Source: Octopus vulgaris (lineage: Eukaryota). From it: a stretch of 64,000 nucleotides of DNA. The stretch lies in the NCBI GenBank assembly GCA_951406725.2, contig OX597820.1, positions 101,060,001-101,124,000 on the forward strand. The letters are read 5' to 3'. Numbering within the stretch: position 1 is the stretch's first letter; every line of letters starts with the position of its first letter. Positions 1 through 13,124 of this stretch are shown piece after piece. The notes under the pieces are model-generated. The model had not been told where the DNA came from, did no database searches, and saw nothing but the letters and a program-made list of their open reading frames with translations. The translations under genes and the position numbers were made by a program.

Positions 1-139
1 TTAATGTCAGTTTTCAGTCATTTTGTGAAACGATCAAAATGGAACACCACTGTGCCAAGAAAAAAAGGCAAAGATCGAATAATGTTTGTAGTCTGATTCA
101 GTAAGAGAATGACAGCTTGTGTGGTTGTGTGTAAATGAG

Positions 140-365
140 GCGAGCTGGCAGAAACGTTAGCACGCCAGGCGAAATGCTTAGCGGTATTTCGTCTGCGTTA
201 CGTTGTGAGTTCAAATTCCGCCGAGGTCGACTTTGCCTTTCATCCTTTCGGGGTCGATAAATTAAGTACCAGTTACGCACTGGGGTCGATGTAATCGACT
301 TAATACCTATGTCTGTCCTTGTTTGTCTCCTCTGTGTTTAGCCCCTTGTGGGTAATAAAGAAATA
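140..365 (+). mobile_element. SINE family A (tRNA-headed, Meta/Sauria-like central domain), young copy
   Basis: Flanked by a 17-bp direct repeat GGTTGTGTGTAAATGAG (123-139, 366-382). Central GCCTTTCATCCTTTCGGGGTCGATAAATTAAGTACCAG recurs many times in the window. Domain name assigned from memory. Confidence 0.85.
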
Positions 366-552
366 GGTTGTGTGTAAATGAGAGATAGTTACAGAAAGAA
401 GGAGAGAGAGTGACTGAACACGTGTGACCCCTGGCATGTTAGTAAAAATTTAGGTGTTGCAGATTTGTTCAGCTTGGCCAGTCTGGTTGTCGAAACAACA
501 GCTGATAACGCTCTTAACCTATCTTAACGCATGACTGCATGTATCCTCTGTA

Positions 553-555
<3 letters not shown>

Positions 556-633
<78 letters not shown>
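556..633. repeat. (CT)n(CA)n compound microsatellite
   Basis: Read directly. Confidence 0.95.
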
Positions 634-634
<1 letters not shown>

Positions 635-1137
635 TGTCTAATCGTCAGATTACCTTTCTGTCTATCACTCTTCTTTACAAATTAATCAAAGATCGACTGA
701 GTCTCATTCAAGTTTTCGATTGGTCAGAAGTTTTACTGACGTCAGTCAATGTATTTATTGTGTAGCTTTTAGATGTCATGGATTCGTTTTCTCATGACAG
801 CACCACTCAATTAGTCTACGAAAACCTACTGATTTGTAAAAAATAAAAATGAGTATGAGTTCAAATTATTGAAGCAGAGACCTGCTACATACCATATTGT
901 GTTTAAATTCTTCCCATATTGTGATTATGACATCAGAATATCTGTGACGTTTGTTTACATATTTTCTAAGAGATGTTCAGTCCCTTTCAACCTTTCGCAG
1001 TGATCAGAGGCTAGGGAATGTGTGTGCCTAGGGGCTCACCTAAATATCTGAAGAGTAGTGAGAAGTCACAGTCATCTTCATCTTGTTTTTGGTGTTTGAG
1101 AGGATGTTCTATGCTTCTTTGAGTTCTTAAACACCTT

Positions 1138-1380
1138 GAATCTTTACCTTTTGACCGACAGATTTAAAAACTAATTTTTAGTAACTAAACTCTTTCAAAC
1201 CTCGGACACTGGTAGAATGTGTCATATAAAACATCTTTTACTTTTAACATTTTTGAGAAAAACTTATTTTTACGAAGTTATTTCACGTTAAAGTTCTTGT
1301 ATTTCGGTAATTTCAACCAATCAATGACGCGTATTCAGTTGAATAAAATTACTGCTGCTTTTATATAAAGGATAAACTTC
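1138..1380 (-). mobile_element. Partial TIR DNA element related to the 52537-52973 element
   Basis: Starts GAATCTTTACCTTTTGACCGACAG. Its reverse complement shares GATTGGTTGAAATT and AAAAAGATGTTTTAT..ACACATTCTACCAG with 52790-52973. Confidence 0.6.
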
Positions 1381-1610
1381 TGGAAATGTATGCATGTATG
1401 TTTGACAACGTTCAACTATGAACCACAAAATGGTAACAAAACCACCAGAAATGACAACTAACGTGGAAATCCGGCTGTCGAACTTTGCGGACCGGCTTGC
1501 AGCCGATGAGAGCTCTGTTTCCAACACGCTTCACACATCAATGAAATGCATCCTAACAACTGTTCGCACATATGACCACATAGTAGATACTATGGAAGGC
1601 TACAATGAAC

Positions 1611-1679
1611 ATGTATGTATGTATGTATGTATGTATGTATGTATGTATGTATGTATGTATGTATGTATGTATGTATGTA
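1611..1679. repeat. (ATGT)n microsatellite
   Basis: Read directly. Confidence 0.95.
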
Positions 1680-2136
1680 CGGACGCACGCATGCATGTAT
1701 GTATGTGTTTGTTATTATTCAGTTTATTTCAAGATTTCTTGCCAATAGAGAAAGAACCGGGTTCTAACCTAGACCCAAGGCTTCTTCACTGGAATTTCAA
1801 TATCAACAACAGGGTATTTTTGTTTGTTTGTGTATCTGTCTGTATTTATCTTCATCTCGCGTCCAGAACTTCGGAACCAACATTTTTCGTCAAATTCCAC
1901 CCGGGCACTCAAGAACTCCTTCTTTGCATGTTCCTATTTTATTTCCTCCAAGAATCAGTAATCCAATATGTTATATTTTATTTCGTTCTTCATTTGCTTA
2001 TAACCTTACAACACAGTTATGCTCAAAGTTAATACTGCATTCATCCTTTGCAGACGACAATTCCACGTGCAACGCATCTTTCATCATGTTCTATTCTCTC
2101 CGGCCGTTTACAGACTATCCATCTTGCATTAATACC

Positions 2137-2369
2137 TATTTCTTTATTACCCACAAAGGGCTAAACACAGAGGGGACAAACAAGGACAGACATAGGTATT
2201 AAGTCGATTACATCGACCCCAGTGCGTAACTGGTACTTAATTTATCGACCACGAAAGGATGAAAGGCAAAGTCGACCTCGGCGGAATTTGAACTCACAAC
2301 GTAACGCAGACGAAATACCGCTAAGCATTTCGCCCGGCGTGCTAACGTTTCTGCCAGCTCGCCGCCTTA
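2137..2369 (-). mobile_element. SINE family A, young copy
   Basis: 16-bp TSD ATCTTGCATTAATACC (2121-2136, 2370-2385). Near-identical inverse of 140-365. Confidence 0.85.
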
Positions 2370-3407
2370 ATCTTGCATTAATACCACATGCTATTCTCTT
2401 GACTTCATGCTTTTGTGTGAATGTTTGCAGTTTTCTCAGCTTAGTTAAATTTTGCTGCACTTTTCTCTTTTTGGCGTAAACAACGGGCATTCATCCAATT
2501 ACACATATGCAACCTGCGATTTGTTTCTGTTTGTATCAAGTTAGCTCTAATTCCCAACACTACCCTCGTTCGATGCTGCACCTCGCGAGAGTTCACCAAT
2601 ACATTACATTACCTGTCAACTGCATTGAACTCGCTTCCCAGCTTAACTTGAACAGACCTAATATCGTTGCCACTTTCTCCTGGCATTTTCACACACACAC
2701 ACAAAACACAGACCGTGTTTTCTGTACCCTCACTTAGTCACCTCCCTACTTCTCCCTGTACGACTTCGTTTCGGTCAAGTTGCACATAGAGCAAAATTTA
2801 CCTGGTTCAGAGCACCCAGCATCTCTTAGTTTCCTTTCTCATTCACAACACTTGTAAAACCAGAAAAGAAACACTGCACTTCGGTTTTGTATGTGGTTTG
2901 CAAGATTCTTTATGTGAATTCGTGTGTTGAGTCATTCTCTTTTTGTGCCTTATTAATTTAACACACTCACCGGTCTGATTTCCACTCATTTACTTGCAAC
3001 CTTTTCACTAGTCGTGTGTGTGTGTAACTAAATATGTGCTATTGTTCGCACGTCGTCTTCACCAGAAATGTAACAGTTTATATGTTGATGGTTGGCGACT
3101 TGAAAAGAGTGCATGTTTGGTTTTTTTTAAACATTGTTGTCAAAGATGTATGGTAGATGTCAGGTCACAAAGAACATAATGGTTAAGTCGATTGTTTTTG
3201 AAGTCCATGCAATAAATGACAGAAGAAAATGATACTTGAAAATGTCCTTTATTTTATCGTTCCAATATAAAAACAAGGAGAGAGAGAAAATAAGAAAATG
3301 TACCTCTCTGGATTGACGAGTAAAGACAGTCCAACCTCCGAAAATCCATGTTTTAATTAGTTAATTTATCTTATTATTTTTCTTTTGTGGTCGTAAGTCG
3401 AGAAGGC

Positions 3408-3445
<38 letters not shown>

Positions 3446-3700
3446 ATATATAAGGCACAACATATATACGTATACACAAATACCTCAAAAGTAAAGAGAG
3501 AGACACCACTCATTATGCTGTTTTATCTTTGCGGACATTACCTGGTGTTTCAAAGTTTGTTAATATATTATACACAAAACAGGTCTACTAAATAATAAAT
3601 TAAATATTTAAACGCTTTGCTTCTAGAAATAAAATTTTTCAAAAAATAATGTCTGTTTACTTTTGAGATGCCTGTCTATAAATCAGCTATTCGATGATGG

Positions 3701-4089
3701 TGGAGGCGCAATGGCCCAGTGGTTAGGGCAGCGGACTCGCGGTCGTAGGATCGCGGTTTCGATTCCCAGAGACCGGGCATTGTGAGTGTTTATTGAGCGA
3801 AAACACCTAAAGCTTCACAAGGCTCCTGCAGGGGGTGGTGGTGAACCCTGCTGTACTCTTTCACCACAACTTTCTCTCACTCTTTCTTCCTGTTTCTGTT
3901 GTACCTGTATTTCAAAGGGCCAGCCTTGTCACACTCTGTGTCACGCTGAATCTCCTCGAGAACTACGTTAAGGGTACACGTGTCTGTGGAATGCTCAGCC
4001 ACTTGCACGTTAATTCCACGAGCAAGCTGTTCCGTTGATCGTATCAGCTGGGACCCTCATCGTCGTAACCAACGGAGTGCTCCTTTTTT
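3701..4089 (+). mobile_element. SINE family C (tRNA-derived head)
   Basis: A-box-like TGGCCCAGTGG and B-box-like GGTTTCGATTCC. 13-bp TSD TATTCGATGATGG (3688-3700, 4090-4102). Confidence 0.85.
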
Positions 4090-4435
4090 TATTCGATGAT
4101 GGCGAGTAAGCCGAAACTTCGGAGTCACTGTCAACCTTTTCCTTGTAAAATCGTATAATTATAAGAAGTTTCGTTGACAGTGATAAACTCGAATTTTTCC
4201 AGCTCAAAATGAATGCATCACGAAAACGTCATTGCATCATGCAAATCATTGCTTTGCTTCTGTGATGTGATACAAATGAGCACATTCTCTCCGTCTCGAG
4301 CAACAACTGAACTGGCAGATTCATTAACACACGGAATAAAATGCTTCATGACATTTCTTTCAGCTTTACGCTCTGAGTTGAAATTGCACCGAGGTTGAAC
4401 TTTGCTTTTCATTCTTTTGGGGTCGATAAAATAAG

Positions 4436-4982
4436 TGTATGCCTACTCGTGTTCCCCCTTCTACCGACTTTGTTTCTTCATAACTTTCAGAAAAATTGGG
4501 AGTTTTAAAGGAATTTTCTACAAATACATTTCAGATAATGCAGATTCCGATTATATCGAAATTTGCTGTGGAAAACTTTTTCAGAGATAGTTGAAGATGA
4601 GTTTCAGATAATTTTCACGAGTCGACTTTGTTTCAGCATATTTTTAATGATGTTTTTCACAAATATTTCTCATATTGTGTGGATTGCGATTATATTGGAA
4701 TTTAATATGAAAAAAAAAAAAAAACTTGTTGCACACACACATAGATGCTGACACGTCACAATCTTTTTCGAAATTTTCCGTTTCATTTTGTAGATATATA
4801 CATAAATGTGATGTATATCAGTACGTATGAATGTGCGACCCCCAATTTTTTTTTTCACATTAGATTCCGATATAGTCATAATTTACACCACCTGAGAGGA
4901 ATTTGGAGAAAATTTCATTAAAAAATTATCTGAATTTTTCTGAAGTTATGAGGAAACAATTTTGGCACACACAAGATATGCC
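4436..4982. mobile_element. Non-autonomous TIR DNA element nested in a family A SINE
   Basis: 8-9 bp TSD AAAATAAG(T) (4428-4435, 4983-4990). Subterminal inverted repeats GTTTCTTCATAACTTTCAGAAAAATT and AATTTTTCTGAAGTTATGAGGAAAC. The SINE resumes on both sides. Confidence 0.7.
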
Positions 4983-5166
4983 AAAATAAGTACCAGCTGA
5001 GCAATGAGGTCGATGTAATCGACCTGCTCTCCTACCCCAGAAAATTTAAGACATTGTTCTTTTAGTAGTGAGAGAAAAGAAAAGAAATTTGAATGTCAGT
5101 GTGACCCTTTCTTCTTGAGTGTCTTTCTGTGGAAGGTTGAAGTGAATTATCCCCCGTTATTGTGTG

Positions 5167-5178
5167 TGCGCATGCGCA
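5167..5178. promoter_or_regulatory. NRF1 (Ewg/P3A2 family) consensus palindrome TGCGCATGCGCA
   Basis: Perfect 12-bp consensus, 52 nt upstream of the inferred start codon. Confidence 0.7.
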
Positions 5179-5230
5179 GTGCATAGTTGTTGATGTGTTA
5201 ATGGCAGTTGTCTGACAAGGTTCATCCAGA

Positions 5231-5295
5231 ATGGGTATCAATCGTGATAGTAACAGGGATTATTACGACCCTGAGATTATCGAAGATGACTTGGT
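5231..5295 (+). CDS. R3HDM4: R3H domain-containing protein 4, exon 1 (MGINRDSNRDYYDPEIIEDDL-V)
   Basis: AGAATGG start context and GTAAGC donor. Phase 2 matches exon 2. NRF1 motif upstream. Least certain exon because homology is weak here. Confidence 0.75.
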
Positions 5296-7711
5296 GTAAG
5301 CTAAACTATCTCTGTTTTAAAATTCGCTGCTGATATAATATAATTATTTCACTAAAATATTGTTTTCTCTCTCGCTCTATTTCTTAATTGGTTCGAATGC
5401 ATTTTTACATTGTAAACATGGTAGCATCAATATTGACACAGATATTTATTTATTTATTCCTTCTTTTCCTACTCCCCACCTCTTTCATCGTGCATTTGTG
5501 GATGTCTAGGAAGGACAAACGCACACACATAAAACTCTGTTATCCCTATGTTATTAATGCCATGGAATTCAGTTCTTCTTTTCATTTATTATTCATCAAA
5601 GTCTGTTACCTTGGAAGAAGAAGGATCCGACAGTCCTCGGCTTATATTTCACAACATAATTATTTGTTATGTGTTTGATGACTCACCTTCTAGCATCTAA
5701 AACAAGTCCTGGATTCGACAGCTTTTAACATCGATTGCAACACTATGTTGCAATCCGTGTTTCTCTTGTATTTATTTATATCCCTGGGTGAAATTGTATT
5801 TTGTTTTGTATATTCGTCCACCTATTTCTTTATTCTGTCAAATTCTGTGTCAGTTACTCCTATTTAATATGTCAACAGCTGTTCTTGCGTGATCACTGAA
5901 TTTTTTTCTTCTTTTTCCTTTTTCCAATATATTGCAATGCATTATGGAAATTTTACGAGCATCTATATAAACGTGCATGTGTGTGTGTGTGTGTGTGTAC
6001 AGTCTGTAGAATTCTGTTTTATGAATCGATATTCTTGCTTCTCTTGCGAAAATTTTATGTAGATGTAAATTTGTTTACATACCTAACTTGTGTTTATGTA
6101 TGTATTTATATGTGGGCATCTCTTCATCTCACACACACAGTTATAAAGAAAGTATTGGTTGTCGAAACCGACAGGAGAGTCCATCATATACACACACATA
6201 GTTTAGTTTTATTTCAAGTTATAAATAAAATAATTTACAAAAAAAAAATCGATTGAACACTGTACTGAAGCGTTATTCGATACTTTTTATTTGAGTGCAT
6301 ATTGACTTCAGTAACGAAAACGTTGATAGTGACTTCGAAGAATATTTAAATTGCAGATAAACCCTATTACTGTATCAAGTTAGTGTGATTGCAAATTAAC
6401 ACCTTGCATAGAGGGAGAAGGCCACAGATTGATTGATATGAGGACGAGGTGTGGACGATTTAATATTGTGCTAGAAAAAAGGAAGAAGGAAATATAGATT
6501 GGATAATATTGACCAATATACACCATATCTGGAAAATTAATCTAAGATGAGGTGGTCATAGCTGGAATGCCTTTGATCATAGGTCTCTTCGATTAGAGCT
6601 AACTAATGCTTATTTTATCGACTGTCGACGGGATTTGAACTCTAAATATAAATAGACTGTTGTTCTTCAGCCCCTTGTCATCTCTGATTGCGCAAATCTA
6701 TGATCAAAGACGTTCCTGTCATGACTACCTTGTCGCCATCTTACGGATACAGTATATCTTAAACTACATTGTCCAGTATTTTCTTTCTTTTGTCATATGG
6801 TAGGCTGTGATACGGAAGGAGGTTTGACTGCTTCTTGAGTAGTGTAATCAAATTGGCTAGTTATGCTATCAGCTTCACTTGTTTTCGTTGTGATTGCGTT
6901 GTGCTTATAAACAACAAATAAAGACTATTAGGGTATGTACGAACTTATATAATTTTGCGGTTTACTTATAAATAATTTATGTATTCCCGCAAGCCTCAAG
7001 TTGAACATAAAACCCTACCTGACTCGCCACTAATAATGGTCTTGCCCAAGCATACAGGCGTAGTGTCTGACCACTGTACCTGATCATATGGAAAAAAAAA
7101 AGAAGAGAAATCCGTTTTATAAACTGTATTTTAGGATAGTGGATTGTTGTTGTTTAACTCCAGGTCAGCACTGATCGAGCAAATGTATTCCAACCGTGAC
7201 GATTCATTTATTTGTTTATTTGAGATATAGTGCATCCAGGAACATATCTAGTGTGTCTTTTTTTTTTTTTGTTGTTTTAATACAATAGGTTGCGATTGGA
7301 GGGAAATTTTAAAAATTGCTTTGATCTTGAGGAAGGAGCTGGATTCATATCTTTTGAGACTTATACAGATTTCTTTCCACTTAAACTATTCCAAGTAGAT
7401 AACTTCAGGAAGAAGACATACCTGGAAGCAATTACAGAGGATTGATGTTTTGGGAACGAAAGTCAGAATGTTGAGGTTTTTGTGGTAGTGGTGTGATGAT
7501 GAACACAATATGATTCATAATACAGGGTGATGGAAAGAGGTGATTTGTGTGTAACTAAATGGAAATGGCACAAAACCAGCTGACTGTAGGAGAGCATAGA
7601 TCACTGTAGTAGCAGTAGAAAAGACAAAGAAGTGACAGTACTAGGGTTAGAAATGTTTTTGTGAGTGATTTCATGCCAATTAGGTGGCCTTTCTCCTGAT
7701 TTGGTCAAGGA

Positions 7712-7975
7712 CATTGGTTCTCAACCACTTTTTATCTATGGACTCTTTTGATTCCCATTGTACTCAGGTGGACCTTCATAGTCATTCAATATTTAAAAAA
7801 TCCCATTCTATTTTTATAATTAAATATCATTAGGTATTGTATAAAGAAAAAATTTTTAAATATTTTGTGTATTGAAGAAGTAAAAACCAATTTGTTGCAC
7901 ATAAATTTTCTCAATAAGAACTTATATAGATCCCCACCTTTCCAGGTCCATACGGACCCCAGTTGAGAACCACTG
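7712..7975. mobile_element. hAT-type (Charlie-like) MITE
   Basis: TIRs CATTGGTTCTCAAC and GTTGAGAACCACTG. Right flank GTCTAGAG. Confidence 0.75.
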
Positions 7976-8261
7976 GTCTAGAGTGTTTCTCTGTATGTAT
8001 AACAACAGTGCCATCCCAGATATGGGAGCAGTTCTCTGCTATGAGTCTCACCTGAGATTTGTAGAGGGTTAGTAATTTGGTTGTAGAAGGAAGGGTCTGA
8101 AGTATTTTCTGGTTCTGAAGCGAAAAGTCAGTCTTTGAGATGCTGTCTTTGCTATGTTGAGGATGTGTGTTTGCCAGGTGCGATCCATAGGAAGAGTGAA
8201 GCCTAGCATTTGAATTGAAGTTGATCTTGAAGTTGTTTAGCTGCACACTGCTCATGTTTAA

Positions 8262-8667
8262 CCCTTTAGTATTTAAACCGGCCATATCCGGCCAAAATAT
8301 TTAATCTGTTTTATGTTCAAACTGACCAGATCCAGGCTCTCACACCTACCCTACAATGTTATTCTACATTAGGTAATTACACCATCAAGATCTTGAAGAT
8401 ATGAGATAATGCATAATTAATTCAAATCAACGTGAATCAATAAGCATTGTGTTTGATAGAATAATCTGAACACTAAAGGGTTAATCCTTCAGCATTCAAA
8501 TTACTCTGTAAATGATAATGCTTATCAACATAGTCTCATAGCTTTGAGATTTCAATAATATGATTGTTTATTTTTAGAATGACATTGAAGGGTAGTTGTG
8601 AGAGGTTGGATTTGGTCAGCTTTAACATAAAACAGGACTGGATGTGGCCGACTTAAATGCTAAATGG
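8262..8667. mobile_element. Two piggyBac-type MITEs in inverted orientation (8262-8480, 8485-8667)
   Basis: TTAA-CCCTTTAG ... CTAAAGGG-TTAA ends with a shared central TTAA. Further copies near 13590-13790, 15415-15635 and 30665-30875. Confidence 0.75.
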
Positions 8668-8943
8668 TTAAAGATGATGCTGTACAATAATGTTAACTTG
8701 ATATCTGCAGTGATTGTGCTTTTAATCTAACTGAAGGAGACGATTTTTTGGTGGTGATGACTTTATTGACAGATGTTTTCAAGGTTACTGATCATAGAGT
8801 TATTGCAAATTTTGTGTGATGTGTCTTGGTTGCATGTAGATGACATTTGGATGTGATAGAATAGGAATGAATAAAGCATTGTATTTTCTCGAGGTGATAA
8901 GTGGACCATTAGTGCATAGAAAAAGGAAGAGGAGGATTAGGCA

Positions 8944-9160
8944 TATATATTTCTTTACTACCCACAAGGGGCTAAACACAGAGGGGACAAACAAGGACAG
9001 ACAAAGAGATTGAGTCGATTATATCGAACCCAGTGCGTAACTGGTACTTATAAAAGCAAAGTCGACCTCGGCGGAATTTGAACCCAGAACGTAGCGGCAG
9101 ACGAAATACCACAAAGCATTTCACCCGGCGTGCTAACATTTCTGCCAGCTCACCGCCCTT
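8944..9160 (-). mobile_element. SINE family A with internal deletion
   Basis: TSD AGGATTAGGCA (8933-8943, 9161-9171). Confidence 0.8.
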
Positions 9161-12100
9161 AGGATTAGGCACATAGGTTACATATTATGGTTAATGGGAT
9201 GTGGTCCAAGGAGAGCTCCTTCATCATATTTAGCAATATTGCAATCTAATTGGAAGTCACTGATCCAAGAGACAAGAGATGGATAAAGCCTGTAGGCTGG
9301 GATGGCCGGCCAGTTTGAGAGGAGATTTGGCAAACTGACAGTAGAAAACTTTGCTGCTCTCAAATATAAGAACACTGCTTTCACTAAAGCTCTTGAAGGT
9401 GAAAGTCCAGTGGTGAGTGATACATAAGAGTTGATCTGTGAAGCTATTCTGGTGGTCATTAAGGAGAGGAAGAAGTTTAAGGGTTAGAGAAGGTTGTAGT
9501 TAATGGTTATCTCTATCACCTTTGTAATGCTGGATGTTAGTGATAAGACAATAGTAAGAAGGGCCCAAACTTTCATCTCTCTCTTTCTCTGACATTTAGT
9601 GTTTTTAATGCAGTAAATTCATAGATGTTATCTCAGGATAAATACTCATGTAGTTGGCCTATCAACACTGTATACATTAAGTACAATACATAGATGACTA
9701 TCTCTCTATCATTCTCTTTATATATATATGTATGGCTGTGTGGTAAGAAGCTTGCTTCCCAACCACATGGTTCCATGTTCAGTCCTACTGTATGGCACCT
9801 TGGGCAAGTGTCTTCTACTATAGCCTCAGACTAACCAAAGCCTTATGAATGGATTTGGTAGATGGAAACTGAAAGAAGCCCATTGTATGTATATCATCAT
9901 CATCATCATCCAGTGTTTTACATCCAGGTTTTATCTCCATTAACAGGGGTGGCCAGATCTACCTCAATGCCATAGCAACCCAGGTAGACAGGTGCAGCCC
10001 ACCCCAACCTTTGGGCTGGTTGGTGCCCATTCTCCTTTGCTATCATGAAGCTTTTTTGGAGCTGGATTTTCTATGGGAAGCATGCCCTTACTTACCCCCA
10101 AACTCAGTTTCTAGATGTGAGTGGTCCCGAGACCAAGGACTCTACCATGATTTTTTAGAAATGTGGTGGAAAACTAGCTCAGGAAGGCAGGGACGCTACT
10201 CCCTGAGACCCCTTTCAGAGCCCCACTACCTCATATATATATATGTGTGTGTGTGTTTGTCCCCCACCCCCCATTACTGCTTGACAGCTGGTGTTGGTGT
10301 GTTTACACCCTTGAAACTTAGCAGTTCAGTAAAAAGAAACTGATAGTATAAGCATCAGGCTTTAAAAAATAAGTACTGGGGGCGATTCATTCAACTAGAA
10401 ATTCAAGGTGGTGCCCCAGCATGGCCACAGTCTGATGACTGAAAGAAGAAAAAGATAAAGAACAAGCACCATCAATATGTTCTATCAAGTGTCCATAACA
10501 CCATAGTGTATATCACAAATGTTCTTTATGACTGATGCAAGAAACAAATGATACTTTATAGGTGCTAAGACCAGTGAGTGTTGGGCATATGGAAGAACTT
10601 TTATCTTGGATATGTTTGGTAAAGTGAGCCCTTTCGTTGTCATGCTGGAGATTAACACTGTCCTTGTATAAAAAAGCTGGCTACTTTTGATGTATTGCTT
10701 CACTTACGCAATCAAGTTGCTAGCAATAACATCTGCATTGATGATCTTTCTTTGAGTCATTTCTTCATCGTGGATAATACCAGTTCTGTTCAAGCAGATG
10801 CATTGCAAGAATTACCAGACTGCTGTGACTGTTATGGCAAGATTTTTACAGCTGGATGCTTTTCCTAACACAAATCACTCAGCAGAAACATACACAATTA
10901 CTTTCTGAATACCTTGATGTGAATATGTAAGCATACCAAGCACCCAGTAAACACTGTAAAGTGATTGGCATTAGGAAGGGCATCCAGCCATAGAAACCAT
11001 GGCAAAGCTCTGCAGTTCACTGGTTCTTGTCAAACTACCCAGTCCATACCAGTATGGAAAACGAACTTCAAATGTTGATGATAATAATGATGATGATGAC
11101 CTGGTCAGTTTCTGCACGCTATCAACATGGTCTGTGATATTGTTTTGCTAATGTTATTGTGACTTTTTTTGCATTAATCAGGGTTATTTAAGGTGATTAC
11201 TAGTTTGATGTCACAAGCACTTTTAAGACGTTCCATTTCAACACCTTTGGTGAACTAAGAGAATCATTTATCATGGGCATCTGAAGTTTGGAACCTAATT
11301 ACTTACTGTTGCATTATACACATTTAATTGCAGTACATTAATTTTCAAGTTTAAAAATAGATACTATTGTTTTTTTTCTTTCTTTTTTTTTCTTTTTGGG
11401 AATGGGTATTTTTATAGCTTAGTATCTTTTTCTAATTAATAATAATGATAGTTACTGCTGGTAGATAGATTGAATCAGCAGAATATCAAACAAAATGTTT
11501 ACTGGTAAATTAATTATGCCATTTTATTTTCTGATTTCAAATCTGGTTGGAGATGATTTAAATTAGTACCAGTTAAATACTAGGGTTGATTTAGTTGGTG
11601 CCAATAAAATTATTATTCTTATTATTAAGGCAGTGACCTGGTAGAATCATTACTGCATTGGACAAAAATGCTTGACATCATTTCTACCAACATTTTTTGT
11701 TCTGAGTTCCAATTTTGCCAAGGTCAACATTGCCTTTTATTCTTTCCAGATCAATAAAATAAGTTCCAGTTGAGCATTTGGGTTGCTGTAATCGACTAAC
11801 CCAGTCCCTCCAAAATTGCTGGCCTTGTGCTAAAATTTGAAACCTTTCCTTATCAACATCATCATCATCATCACCATCATCCATTTTCTGTGCTAGCATA
11901 AGTTGGACTGTTGTTATTGTTGTTGTTGTTAATTTTAGGTTTTAATTGCATTTTACTTTCTATCAAATTAACCTATTTTCATTTGTGTTACTTTTCTGCT
12001 TTTGGAACTATTCCCTTTCCGTTTTATTTAGAAAGACAATAATGTTTCTCTTTTTTTCTCTTTCTTATTTTGAAAGCAGTGACACATGTTAACCCAATTA

Positions 12101-12330
12101 GAGTTAAATTAATTCTTAACTTCAGTATACTTTCAGGAATTACTGCTTTTCAGTGCATATTATTTACATTAGTTTCTCTCCTACAAGGCATAAAAGTTTT
12201 AATATTTACTTAGCTCCTGTACTGTCTTCTAAGAAGTTGTGATGTTCAGACCTTTCCCAAGAGTTTTAGCAGACTAAGTGAAATGAAACTATTTTGATCA
12301 AAATCAGACTGGACTCAGTTCATTACCATT

Positions 12331-12707
12331 GGATGGAAGCACTCCATCGGTTACGACGACGAGGGTTCCGGTTGATCCGAATCAACGGAACAGCCTGCCA
12401 ATGAAATTAACGTGTAAGTGGCTGAGCACTCCACAGACACGTGTACCCTTAACGTAGTTCTCGGGGATATTCAGAGTGACAAGGCCGGCCCTTTGAAATA
12501 CAAGGTACAACAGAAACAGGAAGTAAGAGTGAGAGAAAGTTGTGGTGAAAGAGTACAGCAGGGATCACCACCATCCCCTGTCGGAGCCTCGTGGAGCTTT
12601 AGGTGTTTTCGCTCAATAAACACTCACAACGCCCGGTCTGGGAATCGAAACCGCGATCCTATGACCGCAAGTCCGCTGCCCTAACCACTGGGCCATTGCG
12701 CCTCCAC
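12331..12707 (-). mobile_element. SINE family C
   Basis: Inverse of 3701-4089. TSD TCATTACCATT (12320-12330, 12708-12718). Confidence 0.85.
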
Positions 12708-13124
12708 TCATTACCATTACACCATATCAAAAGGTGCAAAGGCAGTGAGCTTGCAGTATCGTTAAAATGCCAAGCAAAGTGCCTTAGCAGCATTTCATCA
12801 GTCCTTATGTTTTGAGTTCAAATTCCACCAAGGTTGACTTTGCCTTTCATCCTTTCGGGATTGATAAAAATAGTACCCCTTCCCCCACACTTGCTGGCCT
12901 TATGCCAAAATTTGAAACCAGTATCAATAGGTGCAATGCATGGTTGTATCATAAGGAGTTTGCTTCCCAACCACATAGTTCCAGTGGATGTGGAAACTGA
13001 GAGAAGCCTGCTCTGTGTGTATGTGTGTATAAATATATAAAAATATATACATTTGTGTGTGTTTTTGTGTTTGTCCCCCCCCCACTGCTTGACTACTGGT
13101 GTTGGTTTGTTTACTTCTCTTAGG

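Larger units (their letters stand above)
7320..9560 (-). mobile_element. Old degenerate LINE (CR1/L2/Jockey-like RT region) interrupted by MITEs and a SINE
   Basis: Minus-strand peptide LLTLYKSQVRLIAENCSHIWDG resembles the RT C-terminal LYKxxIRPxxEYCSxxW motif. Remnants such as DEGALLGP are present. Confidence 0.55.

Noticed and set aside
1418-2032. Longest ORF in the track (204 aa)
   Set aside because: It runs through an (ATGT)n microsatellite and repeat fragments, with no recognisable domain
3701-3775. tRNA-like sequence (also at 12630-12707, 47061 and 54973)
   Set aside because: These are SINE heads continuing into SINE bodies, with no proper acceptor stem
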